The notes below the pieces were generated by a model. It was not told the origin of the DNA. It saw only the letters and a list, made by a program, of their open reading frames with translations, and made no database searches. This document shows, one piece after another, positions 40,409-54,038 of a stretch of 64,000 nt of DNA. How positions within the stretch are numbered: the stretch's first letter is position 1; every line of letters begins with the position of its first letter. The stretch is from Eledone cirrhosa (lineage: Eukaryota), in contig OZ024748.1 of assembly GCA_964016885.1 (NCBI GenBank), positions 1,302,001-1,366,000 on the forward strand. Reading direction: 5' to 3'. The position numbers and the translations under genes were made by a program.

Positions 40409-43400
40409 GTTCTGGAACAAAAGAGATAATTGGCAATAAGGATCAGATCAAGCTAGTAGCACAAAGTCAGCGAAGGGAAAATGAAGCATGTGTCAGTGAA
40501 AACGAGGTAAACTGTAACACTTCGAATCCCAGAGTTGGGGCGGAATCACTGGCAACAGAACAAATTAAAGAAAGGAGCGAAAAAGTGGAGGGAGTGCATG
40601 CTCAGGATGAAACTCCAAATGAAAATAATGAGATCGTAAATGATAAAGAAATGAATGAGAATGAACTTGCCAACTTGAAGGATGAAATTATGATCGAATG
40701 GATGAAAATGAAAGAATCTGACATGGGGGAACGAGACACCCTCCCTAAGATCCAGAACTCCAAACAGAACCAAAAGATAATACACAAGACTAACATAATT
40801 CTCAAAAACATTATCATCACAAACAAAATAAACATTACTGACTTAAATCATCTCTATTATGCATCGGCTAAAGTCACCACTCACTTATGTGGAGTGAAGA
40901 TGAAAAAACAAAGGAATTCCCACAAGAAATCTACTTGGCAAGATAACATCAATCGCCAAATAAACCTTCTCCGATCTGACATAGAAATTTTAACAAACTA
41001 TAAAGTAGGTGAACATGTTAAACAAACTAAACTTAGAAAATTGAAAAAAAAGTACAGTATAAGATCAACATGTGACATAGACATGCTGATAGAAACAATC
41101 AAGCAAAAAGTGTCGGCCAAAGCTGCTCGTATAAGGCGCTTTGAAAAACGATCTAGATTCTATAAGGACAATAATATGTTCAAAAACAACCAAAGAAACT
41201 TCTACAGAAAAATTGGTAAGTCAACAATAACTGCTAAATCAATACCACCCAAGGAGGAAGTGCAAGAATTCTGGGAAAAGATCTGGGCCGAAGAAAAAGT
41301 TCATAACATACATGCCCCATGGATAGACAGACAAATGAAAGAAACAGCTCACCTTGAAGAACAAACATGGGAAAATATAACAGTTGAACAGCTGCGCTTG
41401 GCTCTAAGAAAAACCAGCAAATGGAAATCCCCAGGAAAAGACAAAATACAAAACTTTTGGATAAATGCCTTCACAGAGTCTCATGAGCTGTTAGCCCAAC
41501 TTTACAATGAAATAGTTAAGGAGCCAGAAAAGATACCATCATGGCTAGTTAACGGCATTACATTCCTGCTACCGAAGAATGATGAGACAAACAATCCCAA
41601 AAATTACAGACCGATAACCTGCTTGACCACAATGTATAAAATTTTAACATCAGTCCTAACTGAATACACATATGACCACCTGATAACAAATGACCTATTT
41701 CCCATTGAGCAGAAAGGGTGTAAACGAGGCTCATATGGCTGTAAGGATCAGCTTCTGGTTAACAAAATGATACTGGAAGATTGTCATAATAGACACAAAA
41801 ATCTATCGATTGCTTGGATAGATTATAAAAAAGCATTTGATAGTTTGCCACACAGTTGGATTGAAAAATGTTTAGAGATTTTCAAAATATCCCCCGTTGT
41901 CAGGAGGTTTTTGTCATTCAATATGAGGACATGGAGAACGACACTCCTTTTGAATAGTGAAACAAAATCACTGGAAGCTGGAGAAGTTAACATTAATTGT
42001 GGAATTTTTCAGGGTGACTCTTTATCACCGCTTTTATTCTGCATCGCACTTATACCATTAAGTAAAATGCTCAATGAAACAAAACATGGATATAGAGTCT
42101 ATGACAAAACCATTAATCACCTGTTCTACATGGATGACCTGAAACTATTCGCAAAAAATGATGAACAATTGCAAGGGCTATTATCCACTGTGAAGCAGTT
42201 CAGTGATGACATTAAAATGGAGTTTGGACTGGATAAATGCGCCAGAGGAAAGCTGCTGAAGAGTTCAGACATTAATCTTGATCGGGGGAACGTGATAAGA
42301 GAGCTTGATCAAGAACAAACTTACAAATATCTAGGTGTTTGTGAAGGAGACGGAATCAAGCACTCGACAATGAGGGAAAGGATAAGGAAGGAATGTTACC
42401 GCAGAGTCAGAGCAATCTTAAGAACGGAATTGAATGCAAGGAATAGGATCGATGCCATAAACACGCTTGCCATACCAGTAGTAACCTATAGTTACAATGT
42501 CATCAACTGGTCAAGCACAGAGATCCGTAGGCTCGATACAAAAATCCGAAAATTCTTAACCATGCACAGAATGCATCACCCTAAGGCAGACATAGATAGA
42601 ATATATCTCCCTAGGAAAGAAGGAGGACGTGGGTTAATCCAGTTAGACATTGCGTTGAAAACTGCTATCTAAGGGAATCACATGATTGGATGATCAAACT
42701 CGTTTTGAAACACGAAAGCACCAAAAGATCATATTCCATTACAAAAGATGCACAAAGATACAGTAATGGACTACAAATTTCAGAAGTCCCATTTACTGCT
42801 GAAATGGAAAACACAGAAAAAGCAAAGCAGGTAAAAGTAACTGCAAAGAAAGAACTGCTACAGAAACTGGCTAAGAAATGGCAAGAAAAGCCTCTGTATG
42901 GAAAATACCCAGAGCGAGCTAACAATCCTGATGTTGACAAAACTTTAACCCATCAGTGGTTGGCATCCTCTGGACTGAAATCGGAGACTGAAGGACTGAT
43001 TATATCCGCACAAGATCAGTGTCTGCCAACAAAAAATTACCATGCCAACATAATAAAAAATGGGTGCAGCCCATTATGCCGTGTATGCAAAAAACAACCA
43101 GAGACCATTGACCATATAATTTCAATGTGCAGTCCTATAGCTCCAACCGAATACCTAAACAGGCATGACAGAGCTGCACAATACATACATTGGATAATGT
43201 GTAAGCATTTTGACCTGCCCCATCAAAAGAATTGGTGGGAGCATCAACCACCTCCCATACTTGAAAAAGATCACATCTCAATCTTGTGGAACTTTAGCAT
43301 CCAAACAGACCGAAAAATAGATGCAAATAGACCTGATATAATATTGAAGGACTTTCAAAGAAGGGTATGCCTGCTAATTGATATGTCTGTTCCAATAGAC

Positions 43401-43806
43401 AAGAATGTATCTATAAAAACATTTGAAAAATTGAGCAAGTATAAGGACCTGGAGATAGAAATTGGAAAAATGTGGAAATTGAGAACTAAAACAATACCAG
43501 TGGTTGTAGGCGCTCTGGGAATGATACCTAAGGGGTCTAACGACTACTTATCGCAAATCCCAGGAAACCCGCGTATAGGAGAAATACAAAAGATAGTACT
43601 AATGGGAACTGCCCATATACTAAGGAAGATCCTGTCAATATAAGTACATCACAAGTCTAAACACTAAGGATGCATGTGTGAATATGTGTGTTCTTTCTTG
43701 AACATGGCGGACCTTGTTGTCTCTTGAGGTCACTGGTTGTGACTTGGTGATAACTCGTATAAACATAAAGCAAGATAAATGCAAATAATAATAATAATAA
43801 TAATAA
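40409..43806 (+). mobile_element. R4/Dong-like RLE non-LTR retrotransposon, RT + Zn knuckle + RLE, one frameshift near 42670
   Basis: WKSPGKD, NYRPITCL, WIDYKKAFDS, GIFQGDSLSPLLF, HLFYMDDLKLF; CRVC..ETIDHIISMC, RHD, RPDII, IDMSVP, EKLSKYKDL; (AAT)n on both sides; frame stays open upstream of 40585. Confidence 0.93.
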
Positions 43807-44360
43807 ATCTGGAACGCACTTCGGAAAACAAAATTAACAACAAACGAGGAAGAATATATTGAGACAGATGGCACTAAGGAATACTGGTGGAACCTGAAAA
43901 TAAAAACTGCCACCAAATTAAAGCGCAACCGGCCTGATATTGTTGTTTGGGACCACACATTGAAAACGTGTTCTGTTGTGGAGATCAGTGCCCACTTGTG
44001 GTAAACGTTGTCAGAAAAATACAGAAGGAGGAGGACATCTACGGACCATTGATGAGGAGTTTGCAAATCCAGTATCCAAGATACACCTTTAGCTTCATAC
44101 CCATCATTATTGGAGCTACGGGTTATTTACCATCCCGCTTGGACCAAAGTATAACTGAACTTGGATTTGCGGACAAAGAGCGCAGCTCCCTAATTCATAG
44201 TCTACAAATGGCTGCGATAGCTGGCACCTTCAAAATTTGCAAAACATTCTTACGATTCAAGGGATGACAATTTCTTTTCTTTTACAGCCTTGTCACCAGG
44301 AAGGTGGCCGGTCAAAAAAATATACTCGAAATTAAGAGAGAGATAACATACATACATACA
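43807..44360 (+). mobile_element. RLE 3' fragment, copy 3 (same family as 3080-3700), frameshifted
   Basis: near-identical to 3147-3700; different downstream flank. Confidence 0.9.
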
Positions 44361-44929
44361 CACATACATACACATATACATACACATATACATACACATA
44401 TACACATATAGACCCGCAAACACTGACACGCACACTCAATAGTTTTTTCACTCTTTCTCACACATACACACGCCCCCCGCCCCCCTCTATCTCTCTCTTT
44501 CTTTTTCTCACAAACAATAACTTTCTTTCGCGGACTCTCCCTCTCTCTCACTCTTTCCCTCCCTCTCGCTCTCTCTTTCTCTCCCTCTCACAAACACACA
44601 CACACACAATAACTTTCTTTCGCGCACTCTCCACCGCCTCTCTCTTCTCCTCTCTCTCTCTCTCTCTGCCGCTTTTCTCTTCCTCTCTCTCTCTCTCTTT
44701 CTTTCCCCCTCTTTCGCTCTCTCATAGACACGCTCATATTCTCAATAACTATCTCCGTCCTTACCTCACACGCTAACTCTCTCTCTCCCTCCCTCACACA
44801 CACACTAACTCTCTCCCTCCCTCATATACTAACTCTCTCTCTCTCTCTCCCTCCCACACACACACTAACTCTCTCTCTCTCTCCCTCCCACACACGATCT
44901 CTCCTGGACAATCATCATTAATCTAAAGT

Positions 44930-45121
44930 ATGATCTCCCCAACGAAAGTCTTATGTGTGAGTCTGCTGTGTGTAGTAAACGTTTCCCTACTAACGTCTGC
45001 TGGAGAGGTGGAGAAATGGTTGGAGAAATTCGCTGAGGAGTTTACAGAAGCCTGTACAGAGTTTAGTGTCGCCTCCTGGGTTTACACCACCGACATGACA
45101 GACGATCATCAAAAGAAAATG
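44930..45121 (+). CDS. ACE: ACE-like (peptidase M2) first coding exon, variant C, 64 aa
   Basis: MISPTKVLCVSLLCVVNVSLLTSAGEVEKWLEKFAEEFTEACTEFSVASWVYTTDMTDDHQKKM; ASWVYTTDMT compares with ACE2 ASWNYNTNIT; phase-0 donor ATG|GTAAAA; 29/64 identical to variant B without gaps. Confidence 0.83.
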
Positions 45122-45234
45122 GTAAAAAAACACGTTTTTGTAACTTTTTGTTGTTGTTGGTGTTGTTATTGTTGTTTTTGTTTTGTTTTTTCGTTAGTTT
45201 ATTGTTTTTGTTTTGTTTTTATTATCATATTATC

Positions 45235-46020
45235 TCCACCGCTACTATCGCCACCACCACCACTATCTTCACCGTCTCTATCTCCACCACCACCACCACC
45301 ACCACCACCACTATCACCACCACCACCACTACCACTATCTCCAACACCACTATCACTATCTCCACACCACCACCACCCCTATCACTATCTCCACCACCAC
45401 CACCATCCCTATCACTATCTCCACCACCACCACCACCCCTATCACCACCACCACCACCACCACTACCCCTATCACTATCCCCACAACACCACCCCCACCA
45501 TCACCCCTATCACTATCTCCACAACACCACCACCACCACCACCCCTATCACTATCTCCACAACACCCCCCACCACCACCACCCCTATCACTATCTCCACA
45601 ACACCACCACCACCACCACCCCTATCACTATCTCCACAACACCCCCCACCACCACCACCCCTATCACTATCTCCACAACACCACCACCCCTATCACTATC
45701 ACTATCTCCACAACACCACCACCACCACCCCTATCACTATCTCCACACCACCACCACCACCACCCCTATCACTATCTCCACACCACCACCACCACCACCC
45801 CTATCACTATCTCCACAACACCACCACCACCACCCCTATCACTATCTCCACACCACCACCACCACCACCCCTATCACTATCTCCACAACACCCCCCACCA
45901 CCACCACCCCTATCACTATCTCCACAACACCCCCCACCACCACCACCCCTATCACTATCTCCACAACACCACCACCACCACCCCTATCACTATCTCCACA
46001 CCACCACCACCACCACCATT
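45235..46020. repeat. CAC-rich minisatellite (CCCTATCACTATCTCCAC(A)ACACCACCACC)n
   Basis: direct reading. Confidence 0.93.
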
Positions 46021-46823
46021 ATATCACTGCCATCATTCGAGGCGGGAGTAGTTGAAAGTCAAAACATGTAATTTTCTGCAAGTAAGCGAAACAATTTACA
46101 AAATATGGCCTATGTAGTAACAAACACTGGCTTAGTTCTTTTTCTTTCTATTTTGGAAGGGTGGGGTGTCTTTGTTCAGGATTGGTTTGTTTGTTGTTGT
46201 TTTTAGGGGGAGGGTTTCTCTTTGCTTTGCTTTGTTTTGTTGTTTTGTTTTGTTTTATTTGGTGGGGGTTTGTTTTGTTTGGGTGAGTTCCATTCCCAGA
46301 CCTGGCGATGCGTTATGTCCTTGAGCAAGACACTTTATTTCACGTTGCTCCTTCTACCTTGAGTTGCGGCCGATAGATAGTATTAGCAACCGGAAAGACC
46401 AACGGAAACATTGTTTCCTCGGTCCGATTTGACGAAAGTCGATCGATCCTTTTGTTTGGGTTTGGTTTGTTTGTCTATTTGTTTTAGGGTGGGCGTGGGG
46501 TTCTCTTTTATTGTGGTCAGCGCAAAAAGTGTCTAAAACTAGGTTCAGTTCGGTTTGCCAAGTTGAAATTATTTTATTTGGGGAAAAGGGGGAGCATAAC
46601 TGAGGAAATAAATAGCCAGTATATAAATACCCCAGAAACGGCGATCCCCACCTTTCACAGTTGAGCGACTTACAGCAAGCAGGCCATCTACTCTGAGGAG
46701 TTTTCAATTGAAATCCCACTGCACCTATCTAGGTACCTCTAGAGTTCGATTCAGCTCTCTCTCTCCCACTCTGTCCTTGAACACTCCTTCCACTCTCTTT
46801 ACCAATCGCAAGAGGCAATGTAG

Positions 46824-46867
<44 letters not shown>

Positions 46868-47144
46868 TATTTCGTTTCTGAATTTGTTTAGCAAGATTCT
46901 TTATCTGAAAACGTGTGTTGAAATCGATATTGTTATACTTTGGGAGGGTCATGTTGCCAATAAGAAGCACACGCACCAGTCGTTTCACTTCAATTTATTA
47001 TAAATTTTATAAATTTTATAAATATAAATTTTATAAATATAAATTTTATAAATTTCCGGTTGGTTGGTTGGTTCCACAACTGGATGGTGTTTATATATTG
47101 TCAAAGTTCTTTCGTCACACATTCTGTGACCTCTTCAGTGACTT

Positions 47145-47390
47145 TGGCCGGTGCTTATCCCGGTTTCATGGCGTGAAGCGACTGAGAGCACAAGACTTCC
47201 CCCTGGACAGGACACCAGTCCATCGCAGGGTTAAACCTCCAGCTATTGCTGTTACTCATTTTTAGCTGAGTATACTGGAACAACGTGAAATGAAGGGTCT
47301 TGCTCAAGAACACAACACGCAGCCCAGGAATCGAACCCACGACATTATGATCGTAAGTCCAACACTCTTACCACTAGGCCACGTGCCTCC
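47145..47390 (-). mobile_element. SINE family 2
   Basis: minus strand GGAGGCACGTGGCCTAGTGGTAAG A-box and GGTTCGATTCC B-box. Confidence 0.87.
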
Positions 47391-47449
47391 GTGTGTGTGT
47401 GTGTGTGTGTATACACATATATATATATATATATATATATGAATGTATA

Positions 47450-47725
<276 letters not shown>

Positions 47726-47892
47726 TATATATATATATATATATGTATGTATATATATATATATGTGTGTGTGTGTGTACCAGGAGGAGAACTGACAAGG
47801 CAAAGTCCTTAATTGTCATCAGATGTGGGGTATCTATTTACAATTCTGTCCATTGTGAGTTCAAATCCTACATCCCTGTATCCGGTCATAAT

Positions 47893-48093
47893 AATGGTTT
47901 CTTATATAAACACAAGGCCAGCAGTTTTGAGTGAGGGGAAAGTCGATTAAATCGACCCAGTGCGTGACTGGTATTTTATTTTATCGACCCCGTAAGGATG
48001 AAAGGCAAAGTTAACCTCGGCGGGATTTGAACTCAGATCATAAAGGGCAGTAACTCTATGCTACAAAGCCTCGCGTCCGACCCTCTACCGATA
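47893..48093 (-). mobile_element. SINE family 1
   Basis: core and B-box on the reverse strand. Confidence 0.85.
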
Positions 48094-48347
48094 CATAATA
48101 AACGGTAACATAAACGGACAGGAGTTCCCTATTTACTACGACACCCATGTAAGCTCCTATGGAATGTCACCTCATACAATTCTAGTTAAACCTGTACAGG
48201 TGTGAACCATAACAACATCGCACGGCATTGTTTTATCTAGAAAACCAGGTATGCATCAAATAGTTATAAAGCAACTATTTTTGTGGGAAAATGTTTATTC
48301 TATGATTCTATTACGAGTTTCAGCCGACAGATTGAGGCCATGCTTGT

Positions 48348-48383
<36 letters not shown>

Positions 48384-48536
48384 ATTAAGTCAAATATTTA
48401 AAATTTGGCTTCGTTTATGAAAGATTTCCAGTTCCTCAGAGAAATAACAACCCAACCAGGAGCTGGACATATCGGAGTATTGACGGAGTAAAACACTTTA
48501 ACAACATGTGTACCTGTCTCTACCACACCAATTCGG

Positions 48537-48591
48537 ACTGCCTGAAGAGGTCACAGCCAATGATGGCTGTCACAGAAATATATATAGCAGT
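48537..48591 (+). ncRNA. minimal hammerhead motif (stem II closing pair mismatched)
   Basis: ACTGC-CTGAAGA-GGTCACAGCC..GGCTGTCACA-GAAA-TATATA-TA-GCAGT. Confidence 0.6.
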
Positions 48592-48649
48592 ACATCTTTC
48601 ATAATCGAAGCCAAATTTTAAATATTTGACTTAATTATTTTATTTTACA

Positions 48650-49585
48650 CTAGCAGTAAAGCCCGGCGTTGCTCGGGGTCGCTCAGTAGCTGTGTTAAAG
48701 TTACAATGTTAAGTTTCTTTCTTGGCTTAAAAACTGTAGTGTCTACTGTGCAGACTTGCATGTGGTGTTTTTGATTAATATTCCCTCAACCAACAATATG
48801 CCTTATGAAGTTAAGAAAACATAACGATAACCCGAATGTTATAACAAAAGAGGATGCTGGGGATAGAAACTGCACTGGTTATTTATTAACAAAGATCGAA
48901 AATGTAAACACTGCAACGCAGAGAAAAACATTAGCGTAACCAAATTATCAGTTATGTCTGTCTGCACGCCTATATCACCTCTCTGCACGACTGTCTGTCT
49001 GCACGCCTATATCACCTCTCTGCACGACTGTCTGTCTGCACGCCTATATCACCTCTCTGCACGACTATATCACCTCTCTGCACGACTATCTGTCTGCACG
49101 CGTATATCACCTCTCTGCACGACTGTCTGTCTGCACGACTGTCTGTCTGCACGCCTAACGACGAAATATTTGCTTGTTTTACGTAGTCTTTAAATAGACT
49201 TGTTTTCAAGTAAAAATATTGTTTTAAAATGCTTTTAAATGGAAATGAAGCAAAACGGAAGCTTAGTGTTCGAACTGATGAATTTTGCAGGTCAATATTT
49301 TGCTGGCTCGACAACTGTTAAAGCCAGCGTAATTTTTTACGTAAGACGCTCAATGTAAACAGAACAAAGGGAAATAACTGATAACTTACGCTCAAAAATC
49401 GATACATTATATTCGATTTCGTCACATAGGGTGGGTCAATTTGAAATTTTTTTTTTTCCGATATCTTCGCTAGGGCTCAATGTACAAGTATAGCAATTTC
49501 GGTGCAATTCCGTGAGAGATTCTAAGAGGAGATGTGTGCCAACAATCGATAGACAGACAGACAACCACAGTTTTATATATATAGA
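48650..49585 (-). mobile_element. non-autonomous Helitron nested in the hammerhead repeat
   Basis: 5' TC, 3' CTAG, subterminal hairpin; removal restores TTTTACA|TTACTCCGG as in uninterrupted copies (no TSD, AT target); internal tandem repeat 48955-49155. Confidence 0.88.
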
Positions 49586-49683
49586 TTACTCCGGAGTAAC
49601 CAAACCAACCTGCGCACTTCGTCGAGTGCTCCAATCTGCATACTGAGGTGTCGGTAAACAACCAACATATTCTCAAAATTATT

Positions 49684-49716
<33 letters not shown>

Positions 49717-49808
49717 ATGTGTGTGCGTGAGTATATGTGTGTCTCTGCGTGTATATATATATATATATATATACACGCACAGACACACATATACTCACGC
49801 ACACACAT

Positions 49809-49839
<31 letters not shown>

Positions 49840-50169
49840 AATAATTTTGAGAATATGTTGGTTGTTTACCGACACCTCAGTATGCAGATTGGAGCACTCG
49901 ACGAATATATATATACACGCACAGACACACATATACTCACACACACACACACACAGAGACACACACATATACTCATACACACACACATATATATATATAA
50001 GCAAGTATTGCACCAAGAAAAATAAAACGTTGGCGTGAAGAGATTAGGAATTGATTTGCTTTAACATATGTTTCTGTGTTCATTCTAAATGTCTACATAT
50101 CCTGACTACAATATATATTGTTCAATCATATGCAGAACTTAATTATCAATTACACTTCATCAGAAAAAG

Positions 50170-50245
<76 letters not shown>

Positions 50246-50399
50246 TGAGAAACATGCGCACACACCCAAATTCTCTCACCTTACCAAAGATAATAGTGAA
50301 GTACTACTCTGTAATCACATTTATATATATATATATGTGTGTGTCTGTAAATATATATTATGTATATAGATATTATGTATATATTTATAGATATACATA

Positions 50400-50441
<42 letters not shown>

Positions 50442-50503
50442 GATAAATTTGACGAAAAGCTGAAATCATAGCCCTTTCACAATGATTGAAACTAAACTTA
50501 AAT

Positions 50504-51450
50504 GAATATTTGAAGGAGAGTTTGGGTGGTGTTTCTAGCCTCTCAAATGACCACCAAATACCACATCTCTCGTCTTAGGTAAATATGATTTGAAGGGGAG
50601 TTTGGCTGGTGTTTCTAGCCTCTCAAATGACCACCAAATACCACATCTCTCGCCTTAGGTAAATATGATTTGAAGGGGAGTTTAGATGGTGTTTCTAGCC
50701 TCTTAAATAACCACCAAATACCACATCTCTCGCCTTAGGTAAATATGATTTGAAGGGGAGTTTGGCTGGTGTTTCTAGCCTCTCAAATGACCACCAAATA
50801 CCACATCTCTCGCCTTAGGTAAATATGATTTGAAGGGGAGTTTGGCTGGTGTTTCTAGCCTCTCAAATGACCACCAAATACCACATCTCTCGCCTTAGGT
50901 AAATATGATTTGAAGGGGAGTTTGGCTGGTGTTTCTAGCCTCTCAAATGACCACCAAATACCACATCTCTCGCCTTAGGTAAATATGATTTGAAGAGGAG
51001 TTTGGCTGGTGTTTCTAGCCTCTCAAATGACCACCAAATACCACATCTCTCGCCTTAGGTAAATATGATTTGAAGGGGAGTTTGGCTGGTGTTTCTAGCC
51101 TCTCAAATGACCACCAAATACCACATCTCTCGCCTTAGGTAAATATGATTTGAAGGGGAGTTTGGCTGGTGTTTCTAGCCTCTCAAATGACCACCAAATA
51201 CCACATCTCTCGCCTTAGGTAAATATGATTTGAAGGGGAGTTTGGCTGGTGTTTCTAGCCTCTCAAATGACCACCAAATACCACATATCTCGTCTTAGGT
51301 AAATATGATTTGAAGGGGAGTTTGGCTGGTGTTTCTAGCCTCTCAAATGACCACCAAATACCACATCTCTCGCCTTAGGTAAATATGATTTGAAGGGGAG
51401 TTTGGCTGGTGTTTCTAGCCTCTCAAATGACCACCAAATACCACATCTCT
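50504..51450. repeat. 80-bp tandem repeat (~12 units)
   Basis: AAATATGATTTGAAGGGGAGTTTGGCTGGTGTTTCTAGCC... recurring at 50581, 50661, 50741, 50821. Confidence 0.97.
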
Positions 51451-51650
51451 CCTTGCTGTCATTAAAATGTTGTTTATGTATCTTGGATTTGTTTTCAAAT
51501 GTCACAAGGGAAAAACATTGAAATGTGTACGGATGTGTAAATATGAAATAATGAAATCATTGTGTATAAACACACACACACACTCACACACACACACTCA
51601 CACACACACACCACGCACGCACACACACACACACACACCACGCACGCACT

Positions 51651-51736
<86 letters not shown>

Positions 51737-52029
51737 CACCTACCCATGTACCCCTCACACAACTATATATATGGAAAAGGACTCACCATAGATAGAGAAA
51801 GGGAGAAGGTAAAACCACACACGCCATCATCACCATCGCATTCTTTCAAATAAAATACATAACTACTTTTCAAAATGTTAAATAATAGTATTTAATGGTG
51901 AAACTATTTAGTTTTGTTTTAAAATGGATTCTCTCCCTTTGCTTTTGATTTGTGCTTGTGTTAGCTTATTAAATATGATTGTTTGCTTTACAATGAAACA
52001 TGCAATTTTGACGACCTATCTAACGATTA

Positions 52030-52119
<90 letters not shown>

Positions 52120-52124
52120 TTTAG

Positions 52125-52592
52125 TATATGTTGGTTGTTTACCGACACCTCAATATGCAGATTGGAGCACTCGACGAAGTGCGCAGGTTGGTTTGGTTAC
52201 TCCGGAGTAATGTAAAATAAAATAATTAAGTCAAATATTTAAAATTTGGCTTCGTTTATTAAAGGTGTACTGCTATATATATTTCGGTGACAGCCTTCAT
52301 TGGCTGTGACCTCTTCAGGCAGTCCGAATTGGTGTGGTAGAGACAGCTACACATGTTGTTAAAGTGTTTTACTCCGTCAATACTCCGATATGTCCAGCTC
52401 CTGGTTGGGTTGTTATTTCTCTGAGGAACTGGGATTCCAGTTCCTCAACATGTGTAGCTGTCTCTACCACACCAATTCGGACTGCCTGAAGAGGTCACAG
52501 CCAACGATGGCTGTCACCGAAATATATATAGCAGTACACCTTTAATAAACGAAGCCAAATTTTAAATATTAGACTTAATTATTTTATTTTAT
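52125..52592. mobile_element. fold-back copy of the hammerhead repeat with two inverted hammerheads (52269-52323 minus, 52481-52535 plus)
   Basis: both motifs have the full core and a G-C closing pair before GAAA; ~52445-52590 is the reverse complement of ~52215-52358. Confidence 0.72.
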
Positions 52593-52601
52593 ATCTCTCT
52601 T

Positions 52602-52679
<78 letters not shown>

Positions 52680-53070
52680 CATACATACATAATAAACAAC
52701 ACAATATAATTATTTCATTACCGAAATTCAATAAAAGTAAGGATTACTATGACCATTATTTATTTATACAACGCTACGGGCGTTTCAATGCGGCTAGAGT
52801 ATCCTGTCTATTTGAGGAGGAGAAAACTGGATATTATCAGTAAGTTATTTAGTCCCCTATGGGTACTCTACTCAAACAGTATCTCTTCAGGGAATATATA
52901 TATAATAAAAAATAACAATAAATTGATTAATATCATAAGACAAATTATCAAGAATAATATAAGATTCAAAGCAAGGTGCATTAAAAAAACATGGAATTAT
53001 ATTTTTATAAGTGTAAAGCATAAGCTTGGATATGTTTTTAAGACATGCAAAAATAGAGATTGATCATTGC

Positions 53071-53101
<31 letters not shown>

Positions 53102-53958
53102 ACTCCACAAGCATGTTAAAATATGTAAAATGTGTTAATAGGTTATAACAAGGATTGTTAAAGAGGTTTTCTTTTTTAGGGTATATAGCAGTGCGTTCCG
53201 TTATTTACCATAGAAAGATTTCACACACATACTCATTACTTGTTCCAGCAGATGTCCTCTTTGTCTCTCTGAGAAATATAACATTCTAATACAATCATTT
53301 GCAGTTTTGAACAAATGTCGGATTTGTTGTATTATCACAAATACTACCAAAGCTATACATTTTTGAATGTCTGAATGTCCAAATACTGACTAGTTTCTTT
53401 TTGACATTATAGATTTATTTTCCTTTAAAAGTAGTCATGGAATAAAACACAAAACATTCAAATGTTCGTGGAGTATAAAACTCTATTAACAGTAGCGGAC
53501 TTCTGTTGCTTCACTGCGTTCTAAAGTATTAAAGATGTAAATGGAACATGTGTTTCCTTTGTCATGTGAATAGTAGGACCCAACGGAGAGAGGTTCACAC
53601 ACACACATATATATACACACAAAACACACATACACACACAAATATACACACACACTACTACGCCTTAATTATTCTATTTACAAGTGACATGTTTTCGCAC
53701 ATGAATTGTAAAAACAAAACATAAGATCAAATACACATATATATATATATAAATATACATACACATACATATATATATATGTGTCTGTATGTGTGTATGT
53801 ACGTCTGTATGTGTATACATATGTATATACATACTCTTTTACCTGTTCCAGCTATCCGGCTAAGACCATAGTGGCGCATATGTGTGTGTTTGTGTATGTG
53901 TTCGTATGAGTATATATCTGTATATATATATGCCTGTGTGGTTTGTGTGTGTACGTAT

Positions 53959-54038
<80 letters not shown>

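Noticed and set aside
44930-46051. 373-aa Pro/His-rich secreted protein as a single ORF
   Set aside because: Homology to exons A and B stops exactly at the GT donor (45122); the rest is simple repeat open in all three frames. The same applies to ORF tails 10230-10388 and 30407-30433.
50504-51450. 80-bp array as CRISPR or tandem RNA genes
   Set aside because: Near-identical contiguous units with no spacers and no recognisable RNA gene structure.
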